Assembly: GCF_060472895.1 (NCBI RefSeq)
Contig: NZ_CM192139.1
Direction: 5' to 3' (one strand)
Length of the DNA: 32,000 bases
Below the pieces are notes generated by a model that was not told the DNA's origin, did not search any database, and was given only the letters and a program-made list of their open reading frames with translations. Numbering within the stretch: position 1 is the stretch's first letter; the number at the start of each line of letters is the position of its first letter. This document shows, in pieces, positions 1-11,434 of this stretch. The position numbers and the translations under genes are program-made.

Positions 1-591
1 CAGCTTTCCCTTCAGGCGGGATTCATACAGCGGCCAGCCATCCGTCATCCATATCACCACGTCAAAGGGTGACAGCAGGCTCATAAGACGCCCCAGCGTC
101 GCCATAGTGCGTTCACCGAATACGTGCGCAACAACCGTCTTCCGGAGCCTGTCATACGCGTAAAACAGCCAGCGCTGGCGCGATTTAGCCCCGACGTATC
201 CCCACTGTTCGTCCATTTCCGCGCAGACGATGACGTCACTGCCCGGCTGTATGCGCGAGGTTACCGACTGCGGCCTGAGTTTTTTAAATGGCGGAAAATC
301 GTGTTGAGGCCAACGCCCATAATGCGGGCGGTTGCCCGGCATCCAACGCCATTCATGGCCATATCAATGATTTTCTGGTGCGTACCGGGTTGAGAAGCGG
401 TGTAAGTGAACTGCAGTTGCCATGTTTTACGGCAGTGAGAGCAGAGATAGCGCTGATGTCCGGCGGTGCTTTTGCCGTTACGCACCACCCCGTCAGTAGC
501 TGAACAGGAGGGACAGCTGATAGAAACAGAAGCCACTGGAGCACCTCAAAAACACCATCATACACTAAATCAGTAAGTTGGCAGCATCACC
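1..591 (-). mobile_element. IS1, truncated by the window edge
   Basis: The terminus ggcagcatcacc ends at 591 (reverse complement of the IS1 end ggtgatgctgcc). Contains InsA and most of InsB on the minus strand, closely matching the two full IS1 copies later in the window. Confidence 0.97.
261..536 (-). CDS. insA: IS1 protein InsA
   Basis: 91-aa [43 protein letters not shown]..., the typical IS1 InsA with a CxxC zinc finger. Confidence 0.97.
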   Translation of the reverse strand: MASVSISCPSCSATDGVVRNGKSTAGHQRYLCSHCRKTWQLQFTYTASQPGTHQKIIDMAMNGVGCRATARIMGVGLNTIFRHLKNSGRSR

Positions 592-903
592 CAGCAAACG
601 AACCTGGATGATTTACCGGACAAAGCCAGCATCATTGACGCATTCTTTACGTTTGCTCAACGCGAACAGCAACGTGAAGCAGAAGCCTTGATCAAAGAAG
701 AAAATCTCAATGAAGAGGCGGCGAAACGCTATATTCGCACATCTTTAAAACGCGAATACGCCACCGAAAATGGCACGGAATTAAACGAGACACTGCCCAG
801 ACTCAGTCCTTTAAATCCGCAATATAAAACGAAAAAAAAGACTGTTTTTCAAAAAATTAGCGCATTTATTGAAAAATTTAAGGGGGTGGGTGGAAAGATT
901 TAG
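592..903 (+). pseudogene. hsdR: 3' fragment of type I restriction endonuclease subunit R (type IC/EcoR124I-like HsdR C-terminus), cut by IS1
   Basis: Open frame from the IS1 junction: [82 protein letters not shown]...[10 protein letters not shown]. Recognised as an HsdR C-terminal region. Confidence 0.8.
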
Positions 904-2099
<1,196 letters not shown>

Positions 2100-2271
2100 T
2101 TAGTTTGCATTCATTCACTGATAACAACTATAAAATAAAAGTTATGGCTGTTCTGATACCGGAGAAGAAACGTTCATGCTATGGTCTCCTCTTCCTGTTA
2201 TATAAAAGAATTTAAAAAGACAAGTAAGGGAATATAAATAAAAACAACAAAAATTAAAAATGCAACTATAA

Positions 2272-2667
2272 AAAACAGTCATCAACCAGCTGTTTTTCAA
2301 TGTTTACTTTATTATTCGCTATTACTCTTATTCCTGCATTCTTTACAAACAGGAATTTATATCCAAGGGGCTTCTTGTTCCTGTATATGAAGAGATTGTA
2401 TTTCGAGGGTGTCTTTTTAACTCTTTTAAATTCTGGTTCCAGGATAATATTTATATCCCTGCAATTGTAACATCAGTTATAATCTCTGCATTGCATCTAC
2501 AATATACATACTTTCGTACATTTTTGATGTTATTTCTGGTATCGTTAGTTCTTATTAGTGAAAAAATAAAGTCGAATGGCCTGTTAATGCCTATATTACT
2601 TCACATGGCGATGAATGTAGCCATAGCAGGAATACAATATCTGGCTTATATCAATTATACCCGTTAG
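2272..2667 (+). pseudogene. Remnant of a CPBP-family intramembrane metalloprotease (Abi/CAAX protease-like), apparently frameshifted
   Basis: Manual translation, absent from the ORF track because there is no ATG: ...LLVPVYEEIVFRGCLFNSFKFWFQDNIYIPAIVTSVIISALHLQYTYFRTFLMLFLVSLVLISEKIKSNGLLMPILLHMAMNVAIAGIQYLAYINYTR*. It has the EExxxRG, xxLH and HxxxN motifs. Hydrophobic upstream coding (FTLLFAITLIPAFFTNRNLYPRG) is in another frame. Confidence 0.6.
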
Positions 2668-2977
2668 CAAGATTTTTTGTTAAACAACCCTACAACAAAA
2701 ATGAAATGGAATCGTTATTATGCTGTATCTTATCAACACAAGGTAGCCATCATCTCTTATGATATAATGAAGCACCTGCTATAGGCGCTTCATTAATATA
2801 ATATTTAGCTCTCTCAAAATATGTGCCTGATATTACACTGACTGAACCAGACTGACATGAAAAATCTATACTAATAGTAATATATGAAGATTTGTTACTG
2901 CAATATCTCCCATAAACACATTATACTTATGATAAGACTTATATAATATATTTATATTAAAATATCCTTATATGGCT

Positions 2978-3943
2978 TTAAAATGTTTTGTTTATACCAA
3001 GTTTGTAGAACATGCGGTTTTTGTCTTCAGAATGCTCTCCATAATAGTTTTCAACGTTGGTTGTTTGCCTGTATATTTCTCCTACCAGTTTTACAGAAGG
3101 GATAATTTTATAGGAAAAGCTGGCTCCAGTTCGAATTTCTTTATTATTTTTTGATAAACCATTATTACTTGTGCTTTCGAGGTTTTTTTCTCTATAAGAG
3201 AGGTCATATCTTATGAATGGACTCAAAATAAACTCCTCTGTAACTTTAAAATCATAGCCTCCACGCAATTGCCAGCGATCATATTTTGAGGAATGTTGAT
3301 TATATTTTCTTTCATTATAGACTGATGCCCAGAGCGTATTATCATTATTAAATTTATATCTGACACCCAGAATCTGGAGTTCCTGATAATAATCGTTGTT
3401 ATAATGTTTCGCCCCTAACTTACCCTTTACATAATTGTTATCTTTTCTCGACTCTTGTTGTGTTTTAAAAAACACAGGGGCAACAAAACCATTCATATAT
3501 AGGCTTAACTGGTCATTGAGTTTATAAGTCATATTAGGATAAAAGCGTAGTTCCAGTTTCCACTTATCCTGCTTTTTCGGATTATCGTAGTTTACATCCC
3601 ATGACTCATAACGGAAACCTGCGGAAGGAGAAAAAGAATATGCTCCCCTATTTAAAGTATAACCTTTAAGATAGAGCTCTATGCGATCACGATTGGTTTT
3701 AAATCTGTCCTCAGATGTTTTTTTATGTTTTTTCCCATATTGATCCTGATACATATAGGTGAGTGACACATTCAAAGCAGAATCAGTAACAGGGTTGAAA
3801 TTACTCTTAATATACGGCATGAAGACATCTGCAGAACGATAAGCATAATTATATTGCTCATTTTCAAAACCTAATTCTACAGTTGCAGCAATTACGTTGC
3901 CAGAGAATAACGTTAATATAAATATCGTTTTCTTCAACATCAT
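2978..3943 (-). CDS. Outer membrane porin, OmpG/KdgM-like oligosaccharide porin
   Basis: Signal peptide (MLKKTIFILTLFSGNVIAA), alternating aromatic beta-strands, C-terminal phenylalanine (...YKLGINKTF). Lies beside pectin-degradation genes. Confidence 0.75.
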   Translation of the reverse strand: MMLKKTIFILTLFSGNVIAATVELGFENEQYNYAYRSADVFMPYIKSNFNPVTDSALNVSLTYMYQDQYGKKHKKTSEDRFKTNRDRIELYLKGYTLNRGAYSFSPSAGFRYESWDVNYDNPKKQDKWKLELRFYPNMTYKLNDQLSLYMNGFVAPVFFKTQQESRKDNNYVKGKLGAKHYNNDYYQELQILGVRYKFNNDNTLWASVYNERKYNQHSSKYDRWQLRGGYDFKVTEEFILSPFIRYDLSYREKNLESTSNNGLSKNNKEIRTGASFSYKIIPSVKLVGEIYRQTTNVENYYGEHSEDKNRMFYKLGINKTF

Positions 3944-4012
3944 AAAATCCCATAACAAAATTTTATATTTTTGTCAACAAAGACATATTACTGCCAGTGT
4001 CCATTCTGGAAT

Positions 4013-4038
4013 AACCTGCTTCCGGTAGGCAGCAGGTT
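4013..4038. repeat. Intergenic inverted repeat
   Basis: aacctgct-tccggtaggc-agcaggtt, a perfect 8-bp stem between the porin and lyase genes. No U-tract. Confidence 0.5.
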
Positions 4039-4050
4039 AATGGGCATTGT

Positions 4051-6285
4051 CTAATTAAATTTATGAGTGATATTAAGAAAAAAATCAGGATAGATAATAT
4101 TTCCACTATCATCTCGGGTGAAAAATAAATCTTTTTGTACCGGTCCTGTTTCATGTGAAACAAGCAATTTATAATTCACACTGTTAACTGTATCACCCAA
4201 GAAGTCTTTTATTTTATTTCCCCAATCATCTCTGATTGAATAATTATTGTCAAAAAGGATGGATGATGGGAATTTATATGGGTTAGTTCTTAAAATATAA
4301 TTATAGCGTGCATTGTTCATTGCTATATTATTTCTAATTATCAATGACCCAGTATTAAAATTATCAGTAAATCCATCCATATTATTATTAATAGCAATAG
4401 AATTAATAACTTTGTGATTTACTGGTTGACCTTCACCACCTAATTTAAAGCCATTGCCAATACTCCCTTTTAGGATATCCGCTTTATTGTATGGCAGGCC
4501 ATTTTCATAGGCTACAGAATTCTCAATAGTAACAGATGCATTTGGACCATCTTCAATTTTGTTAAATAGATCCCAACCATCATCTGCATTATTATGTGCA
4601 ATGCATCCTCGAAAAATGTTTCCCGGTCCGACACCTAATTTTGCTGCAAAGCCATCGGCATTAATCCCTGATAAATCAAGATTATTATATGAATCTGAGT
4701 TCAAAACTAAGTTATGAGCTGGCCAGAGCAAACGGTCTTTATCTTTCGCTGAAATAGAAATTCCCGTATCATCATTATTTCTGGCTATCACATGCTCAAT
4801 AATATTATAGCTACCGGCTATACGCAAATATGCTGATTTATTATTTCCATTATCCACATTGCCGTCAAAGACCACGGATTTTAGATGCCAGTAACTTGCA
4901 TCCAGATTGAATGTCTTGTTTATAAAAATGGCTTTATGTGGATTAATGGCGGAAATTGTTTTATACTTGCCAGGTATTCCACTTAATTCCCGATCTAAGG
5001 TAATTCCATGATATTGACCATCGTTAAGGTATATATTACCGCCGGGGGCGACAAATTTTACGGCTGTCTGTAAATCTACAGGATCATTTTTGCTGCCTCT
5101 GGCCTCCTGTCGACAATCACTACATACGTAAATCTCATAAGGATCGATCAGGTTTGATTTAACCTGCTCTATGCGTATAGCTTTTTTTGATATATTCCCA
5201 TCAACGTTAAAGTTGACGGTGAAGTCATTATGTTTTTTTTGCAAAGTAACTGGAAACTGTACCAGTTCACCCGCCTGCACCTGCTTAGTCTGCTTCTCAT
5301 TATCAATACTGACTATTCCAGCCTGATTGGCCAAAAATTGAAGAGTTGTCGAGTTTCTTACAACTGATTGAGGTGAAGCAAGAAAAAGTTCAGGGGCTTT
5401 ATGCCGGACACGACTGAATTGACGTGAAGTTAATTGTTTGTAATCAACCAGTGGCTTGCCCGGTTTAAATGATGCATTTTTCACCCTTAGTTTCGCATTT
5501 CGTGCGGCAAAAAAACCAATAGCTAAACTATTATTATCCAGTTGATTCATAAAGCCTGAGTAATCAGAAAATTGCCATGACTGATTTTCTTTACGATCGG
5601 TATCAAAAGCGGTCAGGATGAACTTCTCTGGTAGTCGCTCGATCGTCATATGAATATTTCTTTTTTGCGTAAAGTTTATATTCTCAATGATCGGCTGTTT
5701 CTTAATTGTAATACCTTCATTACCCCATGTTTTTATTACTCCTTCACGAACAATTGAAGTAATCTGTACTAAGTTATCATTCTTTTTATTCTGTGTAATA
5801 AAGGCATTCATCAATATATTAGAGGCTTGGGGATATTCTTCTGCTCCAGCTGACTGAGGTTCCTGTCGCTGAGGACCGATAATATCTCTGACAAACAATC
5901 CAGCTCCCTCCTGTCCCGCTGGTGATTTTCCATTCACCTCCGGACCAATCTGTTCTAATGTCAAATCAGCCTCCAGTCGGAATGTCTGAGTAACCGGAAC
6001 AATAGTATAAAAGACGGTCATACCGTCATGGGAGTTAGCAATTTTTCCCCCACGACTTTCAATAAAAAAATCTGTTGGTAAAGTGTAAAATTTTCCTGCT
6101 TCAAGAAAATTATTGTTTCCCGCAAGCCAGGCATTATTCCGTCCAATCTTGGCCGAATTTATCAGCGATGAAAAGTTGAGGTCCGTAGACTGACCAAACG
6201 TCGCCACCTGCCAGTTTTGAGCAAAAACGGGAGTACAAATCAAATTCAGAAAAAGAGCAGTCAGTAATAGTGTGTGCTTATTCAT
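4051..6285 (-). CDS. Periplasmic exopolygalacturonate/pectate lyase, PelX-like, polysaccharide lyase family 9
   Basis: Signal peptide MNKHTLLLTALFLNLICTPVFA, followed by an N-terminal domain (GAGLFVRD) and a right-handed beta-helix region (VVFDGNVDNGNNKSAYLRIAGSYNIIEHVIARNNDDTGISI...). The predicted ATG is at 6285. Confidence 0.8.
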   Translation of the reverse strand: MNKHTLLLTALFLNLICTPVFAQNWQVATFGQSTDLNFSSLINSAKIGRNNAWLAGNNNFLEAGKFYTLPTDFFIESRGGKIANSHDGMTVFYTIVPVTQTFRLEADLTLEQIGPEVNGKSPAGQEGAGLFVRDIIGPQRQEPQSAGAEEYPQASNILMNAFITQNKKNDNLVQITSIVREGVIKTWGNEGITIKKQPIIENINFTQKRNIHMTIERLPEKFILTAFDTDRKENQSWQFSDYSGFMNQLDNNSLAIGFFAARNAKLRVKNASFKPGKPLVDYKQLTSRQFSRVRHKAPELFLASPQSVVRNSTTLQFLANQAGIVSIDNEKQTKQVQAGELVQFPVTLQKKHNDFTVNFNVDGNISKKAIRIEQVKSNLIDPYEIYVCSDCRQEARGSKNDPVDLQTAVKFVAPGGNIYLNDGQYHGITLDRELSGIPGKYKTISAINPHKAIFINKTFNLDASYWHLKSVVFDGNVDNGNNKSAYLRIAGSYNIIEHVIARNNDDTGISISAKDKDRLLWPAHNLVLNSDSYNNLDLSGINADGFAAKLGVGPGNIFRGCIAHNNADDGWDLFNKIEDGPNASVTIENSVAYENGLPYNKADILKGSIGNGFKLGGEGQPVNHKVINSIAINNNMDGFTDNFNTGSLIIRNNIAMNNARYNYILRTNPYKFPSSILFDNNYSIRDDWGNKIKDFLGDTVNSVNYKLLVSHETGPVQKDLFFTRDDSGNIIYPDFFLNITHKFN

Positions 6286-6286
6286 T

Positions 6287-7801
6287 CTAGAATGCCCCTG
6301 CTTTGTTTTCAAATTTAAAGCCAACATTGTTATTACCGAAGCACTGGTCATATTCATAACCAGTCAGTTGCTTAACAAGCTTACGAATTTCCGGTGTAGC
6401 ATCTTCTTTTCTGCCACCTTTTTTCAGACGCTCTAATTCTTTAGTTATTTCGGCATGAGATGCTTTATCTAATTTCATTTTTACAGAGAAATAGATACCT
6501 ATTAACGCCATACCAGCCACACCAAATATCATGACGCCATTAATTGCATTTACTGCACTGGCTGGTTGATGATGAATGCCTGACTCAAAACCAAACAGAC
6601 TGAGGACAACCCCCAGACAAAATACTACAGTGGCTCTCATTAACTTACCGGCCATAACCATTGCACCAGCATAAAGACCTTCACGACGACGACCGGTTAA
6701 GACCTCATCAACATCGGCAAGGAATACATATACACTCCACGGAATGTAATATACCCCCCCCGTCCCCAGACCAAACCAGATAGTGATGCCAATAATGAGC
6801 CAGGTCATATGGGGAATATTAAGATAGTACACACCAACATAACCAATCACTGAAGATACAACAATTAAGATAGCAATGATAAATGGGCGTTTAAATCCTC
6901 GTTTGGCACACCACATCATAAAGAATGCTGTAGAGAAGAACTGACAAATACTGCTTAATGAGTTCATCTCAGAAACAAATGTTCTCGGTTGTTCAAGGTT
7001 GAAAACAATGAAATAGGTAAATGTCGCTGTAAATAGCCATTCAGCGCCGAAACCAAATAGATACATACCAAGATGGGTTCTGAAGGTTTTTAGCTTAAAG
7101 GTTGAGAAAAGATCGGTAAAAAGTTTATTAAAGCCCTCCATAAAACCATGCGTTGATTCATCAACCACATCATCAGTTGGACGTTCCCAACTGTTGAAAT
7201 AGAGCATTATTAATGAAGTGATCATAATAATAGCATAAGTTAAACCGGTCAGGAAAAATGGGGTGGCTGAATCTTTATTGAAGTAGTAAAAATAGATACC
7301 AGGAATAGCGGCTGCTAAGAAATTAGCTACTTTACCAAACATAGCTTTAGAACCTGTCAAATAGGTCCTTTGATTGAAATCCTTTGTCATTTCAACAGGT
7401 AAGGTATTATACGGTATCATAATCATAGTATATACCACTTCAAAAATGATATAAGTAGAAAGATAATACCAAAAACTCATACCATTTACCCAAAGCAATG
7501 GATAGATAATCATACATGGAATGGCAATTAATATGAAGAAGCGACGACGACCAAAGCGACGACCGAGTTTTGTCTGATAAAAATTATCCGTAATAAACCC
7601 CATTAGTGGATTCAGGATGACATCCAGATAAGTAGCAATGGAAAATATTACAGTGGCCTGAAAAACTGTCAATCCACAAAATGTGGTGTAGAAATAAAGT
7701 AACCATGCTCCACTAATAGCCAGAGCTCCACTGCCGATAAGATTTCCACTACCATATGAAAAACGAGTTATGGCTTTTATTCTTCTGTTTTCTTCATTCA
7801 T
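6287..7801 (-). CDS. GPH-family sugar:cation symporter, probable oligogalacturonide transporter (TogT-like)
   Basis: 504-aa multi-spanning protein with GPH/MelB-like features (ISIATYLDVILNPLMGFITDNF...GRRFGRRRFFIL). Genomic context with pectin lyases. Confidence 0.8.
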   Translation of the reverse strand: MNEENRRIKAITRFSYGSGNLIGSGALAISGAWLLYFYTTFCGLTVFQATVIFSIATYLDVILNPLMGFITDNFYQTKLGRRFGRRRFFILIAIPCMIIYPLLWVNGMSFWYYLSTYIIFEVVYTMIMIPYNTLPVEMTKDFNQRTYLTGSKAMFGKVANFLAAAIPGIYFYYFNKDSATPFFLTGLTYAIIMITSLIMLYFNSWERPTDDVVDESTHGFMEGFNKLFTDLFSTFKLKTFRTHLGMYLFGFGAEWLFTATFTYFIVFNLEQPRTFVSEMNSLSSICQFFSTAFFMMWCAKRGFKRPFIIAILIVVSSVIGYVGVYYLNIPHMTWLIIGITIWFGLGTGGVYYIPWSVYVFLADVDEVLTGRRREGLYAGAMVMAGKLMRATVVFCLGVVLSLFGFESGIHHQPASAVNAINGVMIFGVAGMALIGIYFSVKMKLDKASHAEITKELERLKKGGRKEDATPEIRKLVKQLTGYEYDQCFGNNNVGFKFENKAGAF

Positions 7802-8117
7802 TTATGATACCTCTTCCACAACAAAAGTCCATTTCCATCTCCTGGAAAAGATGGAGTATATTATTGAAGTAACATTACACTGTTATTTATAAAATAAATT
7901 TATAGAGTCTCACTGTATATGTGTTTTTCCTGAATTATTTAAATTTACTATATTGATACAACAATATGCTCACTCGACTTTATCGAATTTAACTAAATAT
8001 CCGGATAATCAGATTCTATTATTCCTAAAATTTCCATTTAAAAGATAATATTTTTCAGATTAAAGCTGTCTATGGCAGAAAGAAAAACAATAGATAATTA
8101 GTTAACTATATCAATAT

Positions 8118-8138
8118 GTAGCGCATTTTATGCGCTAC
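8118..8138. repeat. Intergenic hairpin downstream of the kdgF-like gene, possible terminator or attenuator
   Basis: gtagcgca-tttta-tgcgctac, a perfect 8-bp GC-rich stem just past the kdgF stop. No clear U-tract. Confidence 0.4.
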
Positions 8139-8166
8139 CATTTTAGTTCATATTAATACTGGGTAT

Positions 8167-8496
8167 TTACTTTAAAAAATCCTGACGTTGAGGTGTAAAT
8201 ATATCAAGCAAAACTCCTTTTTCTAGACATTTACACCCGTGCACAATGTTGGGCTGCTTATATAAAGTATCACCAGTTTTTACTGTACGCACTTCATCGC
8301 CGATGGTAAATTCAAAAATACCTGACAAGACATACGTCAACTGTTCATGTTGGTGGTGATGTAAAGAGCCGATAGCCCCCTTAGAGAAATGGACCTCTAC
8401 TGCCATCATATTGCCACCATGGGCCAAAACTTTTCTTTTGACCCCGTTGCCTAAATCTTCTATTGCTGTATCTTCATTAAATACAAACATCACCAC
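8167..8496 (-). CDS. kdgF: Cupin protein, KdgF-like (pectin degradation)
   Basis: 109-aa single-domain cupin: HHHQHEQLTYVLSGIFEFTIGDEVRTVKTGDTLYKQPNIVHG. Confidence 0.8.
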   Translation of the reverse strand: MVMFVFNEDTAIEDLGNGVKRKVLAHGGNMMAVEVHFSKGAIGSLHHHQHEQLTYVLSGIFEFTIGDEVRTVKTGDTLYKQPNIVHGCKCLEKGVLLDIFTPQRQDFLK

Positions 8497-8544
8497 CTCT
8501 CTGAAAATATTTAAAGTAGTACATACACTTATGACTGAATATAA

Positions 8545-9345
8545 CTAAGGCTGTTTGCCAATGTAGGCCAGAATGCCACCATCGACATATAAAATATGAC
8601 CATTGATAAAGTTTGAAGCATCCGATGCTAAAAATATAGCTGCACCAGCAAGATCATCTGGTTTACCCCAGCGTCCAGCTGGCGTTTTTGATATAATAAA
8701 CTGATCAAATGGATGGCGGCTGCCATCTGGTTGAATTTCACGTAACGGTGCTGTTTGAGGTGTAGCAATGTAGCCTGGACCAATACCATTACACTGAATA
8801 TTTTTTTCACCAAACTCAGAACAGATATTTTTAGTCAGCATTTTTAAGCCGCCTTTTGCCGAAGCGTAGCCTACAACGGTTTCGCGACCCAATTCGCTCA
8901 TCATGGAACAGATATTAATAATCTTGCCATGTCCTTTTTTAATCATTGAAGGCAATACCGCCTTAGCCATAATAAACTGACCTGTCAGATCAATATCTAT
9001 TATTTTGCGATAATCAGCTGCTGTAGTTTCTAGCATAGGTTTACGCTGAATAATCCCTGCATTATTTACCAGAATATCAATAATGCCTACGTCACTCTCT
9101 ATTTTTTTGATATTTTCCTTCACAGACTGTTCATCCGTAATATCAAATAAATAACCATGTGCGTTGATGTTGTTCTCTTTATATGCTGCCAGGCCTTTTT
9201 TAATGTTTTCTTCTATTACATCATTAAAAATGATCGTTGCACCAGCGTTACTTAGTGCTTTAGCGATCTCAAAACCAATACCATATGATGCTCCAGTGAC
9301 TAAAGCATTTTTACCTTTAAGAGAGAACATATTGATGAAATCCAT
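8545..9345 (-). CDS. SDR-family oxidoreductase, KduD/DhuD-type (2-dehydro-3-deoxy-D-gluconate/DK-II dehydrogenase)
   Basis: TGASYGIG nucleotide-binding motif, NNAG, and a YASAK catalytic motif. Located in the oligogalacturonide operon. Confidence 0.78.
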   Translation of the reverse strand: MDFINMFSLKGKNALVTGASYGIGFEIAKALSNAGATIIFNDVIEENIKKGLAAYKENNINAHGYLFDITDEQSVKENIKKIESDVGIIDILVNNAGIIQRKPMLETTAADYRKIIDIDLTGQFIMAKAVLPSMIKKGHGKIINICSMMSELGRETVVGYASAKGGLKMLTKNICSEFGEKNIQCNGIGPGYIATPQTAPLREIQPDGSRHPFDQFIISKTPAGRWGKPDDLAGAAIFLASDASNFINGHILYVDGGILAYIGKQP

Positions 9346-9377
9346 AAAAACTCCAATAGTGAAAAATTTGTCAGTTA

Positions 9378-10547
9378 TTACTGGGTTAAGATTTCCTCAG
9401 GGATTTTAGCCATATATAGTGCTGGTTCACCTTCGGCATCGCAAGAATATAAAACGTACTTATTATCTGGAGAAAATGATGGATGCGGGTGCGTTACCTG
9501 CCGGTCTCCTTTCAGTACCCTCCAGGAACTATTATGTTTCACCAATTTATGTATTTTTTTATTTTTACTACTAAGAATGTAAATCCAGGGATCATTTTCA
9601 ATTTTATAACTGCAGGTATCTTTAACATCAACCGGACTACCTGAACCATCACCAACATAGAGAATACCATTATGGTTACTCATTAAATGGGAACATGCCG
9701 GCATTTCCATCACTAATGAATCTTCATCAGTATCAGGATTATATTTACGAATATAACGCTGTTGCTGTCCTTTCATATAGGAAACATAAGCCAGTGCAGA
9801 TCCATCAGGGATCCAGAACTCGTGTGTGCAACTTTCACCAGGTTGGTGCTCATGCACTTTACGCTCATTTGTCCCATCACGGTTAATCATCCACATTCTT
9901 GCATCCACCAGGTCATGGGGCCCTTCGTGGCAAAAGGCGATAGTATCGTTATTATTCGGACGAAAAATTGGATGCCCTAACCAAGTATTACGATCCAATA
10001 TCACTTCAGCGTTTCCGGTTTCCAGATCAATCGTAATTAAACGGCATCGTGGATTCTTATGATAAAATTCCAGAAATATTTTCCAGTCGCTAAGTGGGGT
10101 CCAGTCAGTTTTACTGATTTCGATTCCGACGATTTCCGTACAATCAGTATTAGCAACCCATGTTCCGTACCCCACCCAATTATCCGGTACTGTGTATATG
10201 GTAACTTCTTCTAATGTGGTCAAATCAACACGCTGCAAATGTTTTTCATTCTTCACATAAAAAAGATAATTATCATCAGGGGACAGGAAGCCACCAAAGG
10301 TGTTATCTCCAGATCCTTCAGTGAGTTGTTTCGCTGTCTGAGTTACCAAATCCATAAGATAATAATTCCGGTTACAATCAAACTCAGCAGCGAAAATCAA
10401 TTTTTTACCATCATTTGTAAAACATTTTTGATAAAAATAATTGCGATGGCAAAGAATATCTGTTGGCGTTAATCGAATAACTTCGTTATTCGATTCACTA
10501 TCGTAGAAAGATTCAAACTTCAACTTTTTAATATCACCCTTAGCCAT
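9378..10547 (-). CDS. ogl: Oligogalacturonate lyase (PL22-like)
   Basis: 389 aa, beta-propeller-like: VIRLTPTDILCHRNYFYQKCFTNDGKKLIFAAEFDCNRNYYLMDL...CHEGPHDLVDARMW...HEFWIPDGSALAYVSY, characteristic of Ogl. Confidence 0.88.
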   Translation of the reverse strand: MAKGDIKKLKFESFYDSESNNEVIRLTPTDILCHRNYFYQKCFTNDGKKLIFAAEFDCNRNYYLMDLVTQTAKQLTEGSGDNTFGGFLSPDDNYLFYVKNEKHLQRVDLTTLEEVTIYTVPDNWVGYGTWVANTDCTEIVGIEISKTDWTPLSDWKIFLEFYHKNPRCRLITIDLETGNAEVILDRNTWLGHPIFRPNNNDTIAFCHEGPHDLVDARMWMINRDGTNERKVHEHQPGESCTHEFWIPDGSALAYVSYMKGQQQRYIRKYNPDTDEDSLVMEMPACSHLMSNHNGILYVGDGSGSPVDVKDTCSYKIENDPWIYILSSKNKKIHKLVKHNSSWRVLKGDRQVTHPHPSFSPDNKYVLYSCDAEGEPALYMAKIPEEILTQ

Positions 10548-10666
10548 ATAATCTTATCCTTTATAAGAATGACAATACTTCATCATATCGTTTCTATCGT
10601 TTCGTTAGCATCCAATATAGCGTTAAAAAGTGCAGCAAACCGTGATCGAGAGCACACAACAATAAA

Positions 10667-10687
10667 AATGAAATGATGTTTTGAATT
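10667..10687. promoter_or_regulatory. Candidate KdgR-like operator
   Basis: aaatgaaatgatgtttgaatt against the recalled KdgR consensus AAATGAAACATTGTTTCATTT matches 16/21 by eye. Sits between divergent ogl and the dhuI-like gene. Confidence 0.5.
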
Positions 10688-10787
10688 TTCAAATACGATG
10701 TTGCAAGTAATTTTGTAATGTATTATCATATCGTTCATGTTGTTATGCTATGAAGCTTAACAGTATGATTTTAAATGAGGAATTCGT

Positions 10788-11426
10788 ATGAAAATCGCAT
10801 TGATGAATGAATTTAGCCAGGCATCTAAAAACGCAATAATTTTTAATGAGTTAGTTGCAGCAACCGCACATCAAGGCCATACTATTTTCAATGTAGGAAT
10901 GTGTGATGACAATGATCATCGTCTGACTTACGTTCATCTCGGCATTATTTCGGCTATCTTGTTAAACAGCAGATCTGTTGATTTCGTTATTACCGGCTGT
11001 GGTACAGGACAGGGGGCATTGATGGCACTGAACACATTCCCGGGAGTTACTTGTGGTTATTGCATCGAACCAACAGATGCCTACCTGTTTGCACAGGTAA
11101 ATAATGGGAATGCACTGTCCTTGCCATTTGCAAAGGGTTTTGGCTGGGGGGCAGAATTAAACATGCGCTATATTTTTGAAAAAGCATTTGATGGCGAAAA
11201 GGGATTAGGCTATCCGGCAGAACGTCGTGAATCACAAAATGCGAATGCCATTATCCTGAGTAATATGAAAGAAGCAGTTAGTAAGCCACTCATGGATGCT
11301 CTCCAGGCCATCGATCCGGAGTTACTTAAACAAGCTCTTGGTGGCGAAAAATTCCAGAAATGCTTCTTTAATAATAGTAAAGATAAAGAATTGGTTAATT
11401 ACGTTAAAAATTTATTAGATAGATGA
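10788..11426 (+). CDS. RpiB/LacA/LacB-family sugar isomerase, DhuI-like (putative 4-deoxy-5-hexosulose-uronate isomerase)
   Basis: 212 aa: MKIALMNEFSQASKNAIIFNEL...GCGTGQGALMALNTFPGVTCGY, an RpiB-family signature, divergent from ogl. Confidence 0.75.
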   Translation: MKIALMNEFSQASKNAIIFNELVAATAHQGHTIFNVGMCDDNDHRLTYVHLGIISAILLNSRSVDFVITGCGTGQGALMALNTFPGVTCGYCIEPTDAYLFAQVNNGNALSLPFAKGFGWGAELNMRYIFEKAFDGEKGLGYPAERRESQNANAIILSNMKEAVSKPLMDALQAIDPELLKQALGGEKFQKCFFNNSKDKELVNYVKNLLDR

Positions 11427-11434
11427 GTTATTAT

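Noticed and set aside
9695-10472. Several plus-strand ORFs opposite ogl
   Set aside because: Shadow ORFs of a long, confidently identified minus-strand gene. No RBS or domain signal.
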